Origin: an uncultured delta proteobacterium
Lineage (GTDB): Bacteria; Desulfobacterota; Binatia; Binatales; Binataceae
Assembly (NCBI GenBank): GCA_963794325.1
Contig: CAWCDG010000004.1
Span: 864,001 to 928,000 of the forward strand
Length of the DNA stretch: 64,000 nt
Reading direction: 5' to 3'
Shown: one piece after another, positions 58,407-64,000 of the stretch
How the letters are laid out: each line of letters opens with the position of its first letter
How positions within the stretch are numbered: the first letter of the stretch is position 1
Program-made: the position numbers and the translations under genes
Notes under the pieces: model-generated
The model's database searches: none
Seen by the model: the letters and a program-made list of their open reading frames with translations, nothing else
Told to the model about the DNA's origin: nothing

Positions 58407-59333
58407 TCAGATGTAGTACAGCCAGTCGCGGTAGCGCGGCTCGCGGCCGTGCAGGGTTGCCTGGAAGACTTGCTGTACTTTGGCCGTGATTTGGCCGGGC
58501 TTTCCCGCACCTATCTTGCGATCGTCCAGCTCTACGACCGGGGTTACTTCGGCGGCGGTGCCGGTCATGAAAGCTTCGTCGGCGATGTAGAATGCGTCGC
58601 GGGCGAAATATTCCTCGCGCACCTCGACCGCATTGTCGCGCAGAATCCTGATAACCGCGTCGCGGGTGATTCCCGCCAGCACCGACGTGAGCGGCGGCGT
58701 CCGCACGACTCCGTCGCGCACCACGAACACGTTCTCGCCGCTGCCCTCGGCGACGAAGCCCTCGGTGTTGAGCAGGAGCGCCTCGTCGTAACCGTTGCGG
58801 CGAGCCTCGTAGCCGGCGAGGATCGAGTTGACGTAGTGACCGGTGGCCTTCGCCGCCGGCATCATCGAGTTGTGGTGGAATCTCACGAACGATGAGGTCT
58901 TGAGTCGCACGCCCTTATCCACGCCGTCCTGGCCCAGGTACGCGCCCCACGGCCATGCGGCGATCGACACTCGAATCTTGTTGCCGCGCGCCGACAGTCC
59001 CATCTCACCTTCGCCGAAAAACACCAGCGGCCGGATATAGCATTCAGCGAACTTGTTGATCCGCACGACGTCGGCGCAGGCCTTGAGCAACTCCTCCTGG
59101 CTGTACGGGACTTCCATTTCGACGATGTGGCCGGACTCGACCAGGCGGCGGATATGTTCGCGGGCGCGGAAGATTGCGGAGCGGCCGTCGTCGCTCTTGT
59201 AGCATCGCATCCCTTCGAAAACCGCGAGGCCGTAGTGCAGGCTGTGCGTGAGGACGTGAACGGTGGCCTCGTCAAACGGGACCATCGCGCCGTCCATCCA
59301 GATTCGATCTGAGCGGAGATTGTTCGTCGGCAT
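58407..59333 (-). CDS. ilvE: Branched-chain amino acid aminotransferase
   Basis: HSLHYGLAVFEG, YIRP, AKATGHY, EGSGEN, GITR, GTAAEVTPV. Confidence 0.95.
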   Translation of the reverse strand: MPTNNLRSDRIWMDGAMVPFDEATVHVLTHSLHYGLAVFEGMRCYKSDDGRSAIFRAREHIRRLVESGHIVEMEVPYSQEELLKACADVVRINKFAECYIRPLVFFGEGEMGLSARGNKIRVSIAAWPWGAYLGQDGVDKGVRLKTSSFVRFHHNSMMPAAKATGHYVNSILAGYEARRNGYDEALLLNTEGFVAEGSGENVFVVRDGVVRTPPLTSVLAGITRDAVIRILRDNAVEVREEYFARDAFYIADEAFMTGTAAEVTPVVELDDRKIGAGKPGQITAKVQQVFQATLHGREPRYRDWLYYI

Positions 59334-59428
59334 TGTGGAGTCAAAATTAGTCGAAGGTGAGTGGTTAGTCGATGGGGCCTGGGGGAAGGGTATTGTCCTG
59401 TTTTCAGGTTTTTGTTTCAGGTCTTTAT

Positions 59429-59549
59429 AGTGGGGCGGGCCGCCGTGCCCGCCATCGACGCGCGGGCGTCCGCGCCAACGCCTACCGACGAACTGGATGT
59501 GGCCGCCACCTTGAGGAGGCGGCCCCCGGGCACGGCGGCCCGCCCCACT
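59429..59549. repeat. GTGG-type REP doublet, R5
   Basis: AGTGGGGCGGGCCGCCGTGCCC ... GGGCACGGCGGCCCGCCCCACT, a perfect 22-bp inverted repeat. Confidence 0.8.
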
Positions 59550-59564
59550 GAAACCAGGACATAT

Positions 59565-60944
59565 CTAGTCGCGGCGCGTCGGGTCCGGCGACGGAGGGGA
59601 GGCGTCGGCGCCATTCAGGTCGCCGGATGGCGCGCCGTTGCTCGCGGCGCCACCGTGGCGCGAGCGGCGGCGACGCCGGCGGCGGCGACGCTTTCCGGAA
59701 GGTGCTCCCGGATTTGCGGGATCGGTATTGTGGCTCAAAGCGGGGCGATTTTCGCTGAAGCTGTCGGGATCGGTGAGGAGGCGAATGGTCCGGGTCGAAT
59801 CGATCGAGTAAGTCGGCGCGGTCATTTCGAAAAACAACCGCGCATCGGGAAAATACGGCCGGCGCATCAAGCGCCGCGTGCGCCGCGTGGGCGACGCGAG
59901 ATTCTGGAAGGCCTCGAGGATGAGCCGCATCTGCTCGGTGTCGCCGCGCGCGAAGCCGCGTGCGCGAAGCGCACCGAGGATATCGATGCGGCGCGGATCG
60001 CCGCGCTCGAGGCGATGCTCGTCGCGATATAGATCGAGCATCAGCGCCGCGAGCACGATCGAATGGTCGGGCGCAAACCCGCTTGCGATCGCGCGGCCGA
60101 GCGCCGCCATGTTGCGCACGGCCGGCTGCTCGGCGATCGTCGCGTCGCGCGATTTCAGATGAGCCGCGAGAATCGGGATCACGTATTCCAGCAGTCCGAG
60201 CTCTTCCATCAGGACCAGCGCGTGCGCTGCTTCGGGCTGGCCGAGTGTCTTGTAGGTCTCGTCGACCAGGCGCGGCACACTGGCCTTGGCGAGATCCGCG
60301 CGATGGCGCTCGATCGCGGCGTGTGTCGAAGGTTCGATTTCGAAGCCGAGCTTGGCGGCGAATCGCACCGCGCGCATCATGCGGACCGGATCCTCGCGCA
60401 TCCGCAACTCGGGATCGCCGATAGTGCGAATCAGCCGCGCCTCGAGATCGTCAACTCCTCCGGGAAAATCGATCACATTGAAAGTTTGCGGGCTGTAGAA
60501 CAGCGCGTTGACCGTGAAGTCGCGGCGGAACGCATCTTCCTCAGGCGTTCCGAACGTGTTGTCTAGACGGATCAGCGGATCGTCGATATCGGCGACCGCC
60601 TCGGCCTGCTTGCGGAAGGTCGCAACCTCGACGTTCTGGCGCCCAAAGAAAACGTGCACCAGGCGGAAGCGCCGCCCGATCATGCGCGAGTTACGGAACA
60701 GGTCACGCACCTGCTGCGGATGCGCCGAAGTGGCGACGTCGAAATCCTTGGGCTTGCGCGAGAGCATCAGATCGCGCACCCCGCCGCCGACCAGGTACGC
60801 CTCGTGGCCGGCGCCCGCCAGGCGATACAGAACCTTGAGCACGTTCGCGTCGATATCGCGCCGCGAGATGGGATGTTCGGCGCGCGGTAGTATACGGGGT
60901 TCCACTTGCCTTGCCTTGGCCCGAAATTCGTCCAAACCTATCAC
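59565..60944 (-). CDS. pcnB: Poly(A) polymerase I
   Basis: LVGGGVRD, KDFDVAT, PAP signature IGRRFRLVHVFF, RRDFTVNAL, EDPVRMMRAVRF, Arg-rich tail. Start is approximate. Confidence 0.9.
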   Translation of the reverse strand: MIGLDEFRAKARQVEPRILPRAEHPISRRDIDANVLKVLYRLAGAGHEAYLVGGGVRDLMLSRKPKDFDVATSAHPQQVRDLFRNSRMIGRRFRLVHVFFGRQNVEVATFRKQAEAVADIDDPLIRLDNTFGTPEEDAFRRDFTVNALFYSPQTFNVIDFPGGVDDLEARLIRTIGDPELRMREDPVRMMRAVRFAAKLGFEIEPSTHAAIERHRADLAKASVPRLVDETYKTLGQPEAAHALVLMEELGLLEYVIPILAAHLKSRDATIAEQPAVRNMAALGRAIASGFAPDHSIVLAALMLDLYRDEHRLERGDPRRIDILGALRARGFARGDTEQMRLILEAFQNLASPTRRTRRLMRRPYFPDARLFFEMTAPTYSIDSTRTIRLLTDPDSFSENRPALSHNTDPANPGAPSGKRRRRRRRRRSRHGGAASNGAPSGDLNGADASPPSPDPTRRD

Positions 60945-61066
60945 GATGGCGCGCAGTCTTCATCGGGCTGTGCACGGACGGTGGTCAGAGCATCGCGGAT
61001 AACGATCGAGGGTCGCGCTCCCGATCTAACCATCCAGCTCAATTTTATCAGCCTCATTTTTTTTCG

Positions 61067-61108
61067 TTGACAAGAGCGAAATTCGGTCAGACGATAATAA
61101 CTATCATT
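61067..61108 (+). promoter_or_regulatory. Promoter with overlapping Fur-type box
   Basis: TTGACA at 61067; cGATAAT-a-AcTATCA at 61092-61106 matches 12/14 positions of the 7-1-7 Fur consensus. Confidence 0.65.
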
Positions 61109-61281
61109 TGGGTTATGGAACTATTGCCGCTGATAAATCCGCTGCACTGCGCCCCGCTACCGCGCAGCGTCTACCTGGTTTCGCCGGGCGGCTTGACAAA
61201 AATGCTGCGCGTCAACTATCTGGAAGACGACGGCGCGCGGAGCATATCGCTCCGCCCCTCGGGCCACCGGAGACCGTCACG

Positions 61282-62592
61282 ATGAAGCCCGCACGCACCT
61301 CGTTCTTCATCTTCGTTTTCGTTGCCGCCGCAGCGATCGTTGCCTTGTTCGGTCTGGCTGCTGCTCAAGGACCGGGCCCGCTCGCCGATCCCAAGTCCGA
61401 AAATCAAGCGGGCTTCCCCGCCACTCTCTATTCGTGGGTGATTCCGCCCGACAATCAGCAAACCCCTGCGAAGATTGCGCTCGGCAAGGCGCTGTTTTTT
61501 GAAGACGCGCTGTCCGCGGACGGCAAGGTTTCGTGCGATCACTGTCACTCGCCGGCCAAGGGCTTCACCGATCAGCTGCCGACCTCGATGGGTATCCATG
61601 CGCAGTTCGGCCAGCGCAACGCGCCAACGATCCTCAACGCGCTGTTCAACGTCACGCAGTTCTGGGACGGACGCTCGCCGACGCTCGAGGCGCAGGTCGA
61701 AGGGCCGGTCACCAATCCGGTCGAGATGGGCATGAAATCGACCGACGACGCGGTGACCGTGATCAAGGCGATTCCCCAATATCAGAAACAATTCCAGGAA
61801 GTGTTCGGGCACGAGGTCAATTTCGCTGACATGGAGCGCGCGATCGCCGCGTACGAGCGCACGCAACTCGCGTTCGACTCGCCGTTCGATAAATTTATCA
61901 ACGGCGACCAGAACGCGATCGACGACTCGGCCAAGCGCGGCTGGGCGATCTTCAACGGCAAAGGCCGCTGCATGTCGTGCCACGGATGGAACCCGACGCA
62001 GCCGCTGTTCACCGATCAGAAGTTCCACAATATCGGCGTATCTGCCCATAAGGCGGACTTCGTGCCGCTCGCGCGCAAGGCGCTGGTCGTGTTGGGCCAG
62101 AGCGGCAGTGGCTCCATTCAGATCGACAAGCTCGCGATCGGCACCGACATGAGCGGACTTGGCCGTTTCCTCGTAACCAAGCAGCCGCACGATATCGGCA
62201 GCTTCCGCACGATGAGCCTGCGCAACCTGCTGGTGACCGAGCCCTACTTCCACGACGGCTCGCAGGCGACGCTCTGGGACACGATCGATCATTACAACAA
62301 GGGTGGCGTGCAGAACCCGTATCTCGACGGTGGGATCGTTCCGCTTGGCCTCACCGAGGCTGAAGAGGACGACCTGGTCGCATTCCTCGCCAGCCTTACC
62401 AGTCCCGAATACGCCGACGCGGCGAAGCAGGAGTACGACCTCCAGTTCAAACGCTCGCGTACCGATCGGCCGCAGCGCGACGAGGCTGCCGCCAATGGCG
62501 ATAAAGGCCGCGGACCGGGATTGGCGGGACCTTTCGGCGATATCGGACCGCTGCAAACCCTGGAGAATCCGGCGCAGCTCGGCGGCGACTAA
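61282..62592 (+). CDS. Di-heme cytochrome c peroxidase/MauG superfamily enzyme, exported
   Basis: Signal peptide; CDHCH and CMSCH; RNAPT; QFWDGR; LRNLLVTEPYFHDGS; IDHYNKGG. Confidence 0.92.
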   Translation: MKPARTSFFIFVFVAAAAIVALFGLAAAQGPGPLADPKSENQAGFPATLYSWVIPPDNQQTPAKIALGKALFFEDALSADGKVSCDHCHSPAKGFTDQLPTSMGIHAQFGQRNAPTILNALFNVTQFWDGRSPTLEAQVEGPVTNPVEMGMKSTDDAVTVIKAIPQYQKQFQEVFGHEVNFADMERAIAAYERTQLAFDSPFDKFINGDQNAIDDSAKRGWAIFNGKGRCMSCHGWNPTQPLFTDQKFHNIGVSAHKADFVPLARKALVVLGQSGSGSIQIDKLAIGTDMSGLGRFLVTKQPHDIGSFRTMSLRNLLVTEPYFHDGSQATLWDTIDHYNKGGVQNPYLDGGIVPLGLTEAEEDDLVAFLASLTSPEYADAAKQEYDLQFKRSRTDRPQRDEAAANGDKGRGPGLAGPFGDIGPLQTLENPAQLGGD

Positions 62593-62621
62593 CTTGAGCA
62601 AAGAAAAAAGGCAGGCAGGCG

Positions 62622-63770
62622 ATGGCCGCTCGGCATAAAAGCGTCGAAACGAAATACATGGAAGAGCGCGACGCGGTCCTGCGCGGACTGCGCGGCCTCG
62701 ATCGGCGCACCTTCATGAAAGTGCTGGCCGCCTCGGCCGGCGCCGTGATGGCGAAGAGCCTGATGCCGCCGCATACCTTCCAACTCGTCGAGGTCGCCAA
62801 CGCCGCGCCCGACAAGACCGCCGAAACGACCGGGATGGCGGGCCAGCCGCCGTTTACCTTCGCGTATGTCTCGGACACTCATCTGTATCAGCGCACCCTC
62901 AACCAGCGTTTCGTGCGCGGCGCGGTCAAAGCGGTTGAAGACGTCAACGCGCTCGATCCGCAGCCCGACTTCGTACTGTTCGGCGGCGACCTGGCGCAAC
63001 TTGGCCGTCGCGAGGAACTCGATCTCGGCCGACAGATCCTCGCCGAGCTGAAAGCTCCGGTGAAGATGATGGTCGGCGAGCACGATTGGTTCTACGACCT
63101 CGGCGACACGTGGCAGGAAATGTTCGGGCCGCCCAACTACTCGTTCGACTGGAAGGGCGTGCACGTAGTCGTGCTGATGAGCGTGCATGAGAAGGATTTC
63201 TGGACCGCGCGCAAAATGACGCCCGCTGAGCGGATGCAAACCGTCGCGGGCCTCGATAACGGGATCCAGTCACGCTTCGAAGTTGGCGACGAGGAGCGCA
63301 AGTGGCTGTCCGACGACCTCGCCAAGGTGCCGCATACGACGCCGTTGCTGGTCTTCTCGCATTCGCCGCTCTACAAGTATTACCGCAACTGGAACTTCTG
63401 GACCGAAGATGCCGAGCAGGTTCAGGCGATCCTCAAGCCTTACAAGCACGTGACCGTGATGCACGGCCATACCCATCAGATGCTCTACAACCAGATCGAT
63501 AACATCAGCTTCTATGGGATGCTCTCGACCGCGTGGCCGTGGCCTTACGCGCCGACCGGGTTGCCGCCCCTGACCATTCAGATGAACCGCGCCGATCCGT
63601 TCGATCAGTTCGACGGGTTGGGCGATGGTCAGTTTAATGTCCGCGCCGACGGCTTGGCGGATAAGATTTACAACCTGTGGGATCGCAACCCGGTGTCGGT
63701 GAAGGCCGACTACCTGGTATCGCACGGCAAGATCGCGCGGCCGCCCGCGCCACAGTTTGCCAGCTACTGA
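62622..63770 (+). CDS. Tat-exported calcineurin-like metallophosphoesterase
   Basis: DRRTFMK twin-arginine motif; SDTH, GGD, GEHD, SH and GHTH. Confidence 0.88.
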   Translation: MAARHKSVETKYMEERDAVLRGLRGLDRRTFMKVLAASAGAVMAKSLMPPHTFQLVEVANAAPDKTAETTGMAGQPPFTFAYVSDTHLYQRTLNQRFVRGAVKAVEDVNALDPQPDFVLFGGDLAQLGRREELDLGRQILAELKAPVKMMVGEHDWFYDLGDTWQEMFGPPNYSFDWKGVHVVVLMSVHEKDFWTARKMTPAERMQTVAGLDNGIQSRFEVGDEERKWLSDDLAKVPHTTPLLVFSHSPLYKYYRNWNFWTEDAEQVQAILKPYKHVTVMHGHTHQMLYNQIDNISFYGMLSTAWPWPYAPTGLPPLTIQMNRADPFDQFDGLGDGQFNVRADGLADKIYNLWDRNPVSVKADYLVSHGKIARPPAPQFASY

Positions 63771-63782
63771 GTCGAGACGACG

Positions 63783-64000
63783 ATGACCCGACGCTCAATC
63801 GCAATCGCAACTGTCGCTGGTGCTGCCGCCGTGCTGGCGGTCATGGTCTATGCGCCTCGCGCACTTCGCGCACAGCAAGCGCCGACACTGCCTATCCACC
63901 AGGTGCCCGCATCGAAAGACGGCGGCGTGGTCGTGATGCTCTGCGACGGTAAGACCAGCATGGAAGTTCAGGGGCTCAAGAGCGGCGAAGCGATGAGCCA
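63783..64000 (+). CDS. Exported protein (partial), third gene of the operon
   Basis: Read manually: MTRRSIAIATVAGAAAVLAVMVYAPRALRAQQ...VMLCDGK...; open to the window end. Confidence 0.7.
   Translation, partial: MTRRSIAIATVAGAAAVLAVMVYAPRALRAQQAPTLPIHQVPASKDGGVVVMLCDGKTSMEVQGLKSGEAMS

Noticed and set aside
61193-61215. FNR box
   Set aside because: Half-site spacing is 13 bp rather than 4 bp.

Overview
GC-rich bacterial chromosomal segment. The gene content (CoA-transferases, acyl-CoA dehydrogenases, an LLM oxidoreductase, VOC proteins, a Rieske oxygenase, pcnB, asnS) resembles Candidatus Binatota or Deltaproteobacteria-like soil bacteria; this is inference only. Left to right it contains: a partial RND permease; a GntR-controlled aromatic/CoA catabolic cluster with a divergent FadE24/FadE23-like pair; recQ; an AraC/VOC module; DUF2089 plus a DUF4097-like gene; aguA/aguB; a PQQ dehydrogenase; SRP RNA-dnaX-ybaB-recR; hicBA; cytochrome c, a PuuD-like gene and sodB; Rrf2-sir-cysH; asnS; trxA; ppiD; mreBCD-mrdA-rodA; a doubly frameshifted SDR; ilvE; pcnB; and a Fur-boxed operon (MauG-type di-heme enzyme, Tat-exported metallophosphoesterase, exported protein) that runs off the right edge. 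I saw no CRISPR array, tRNA, rRNA or transposase. Seven types of intergenic palindromic repeat are present. The two most notable observations are (1) strand-polarised halos of rare A/T-ending synonymous codons in genes flanking a telomere-like (TTAGGGG) hairpin repeat, and (2) the MauG-like/metallophosphoesterase operon. Everything was read by eye; no searches or statistics were run.
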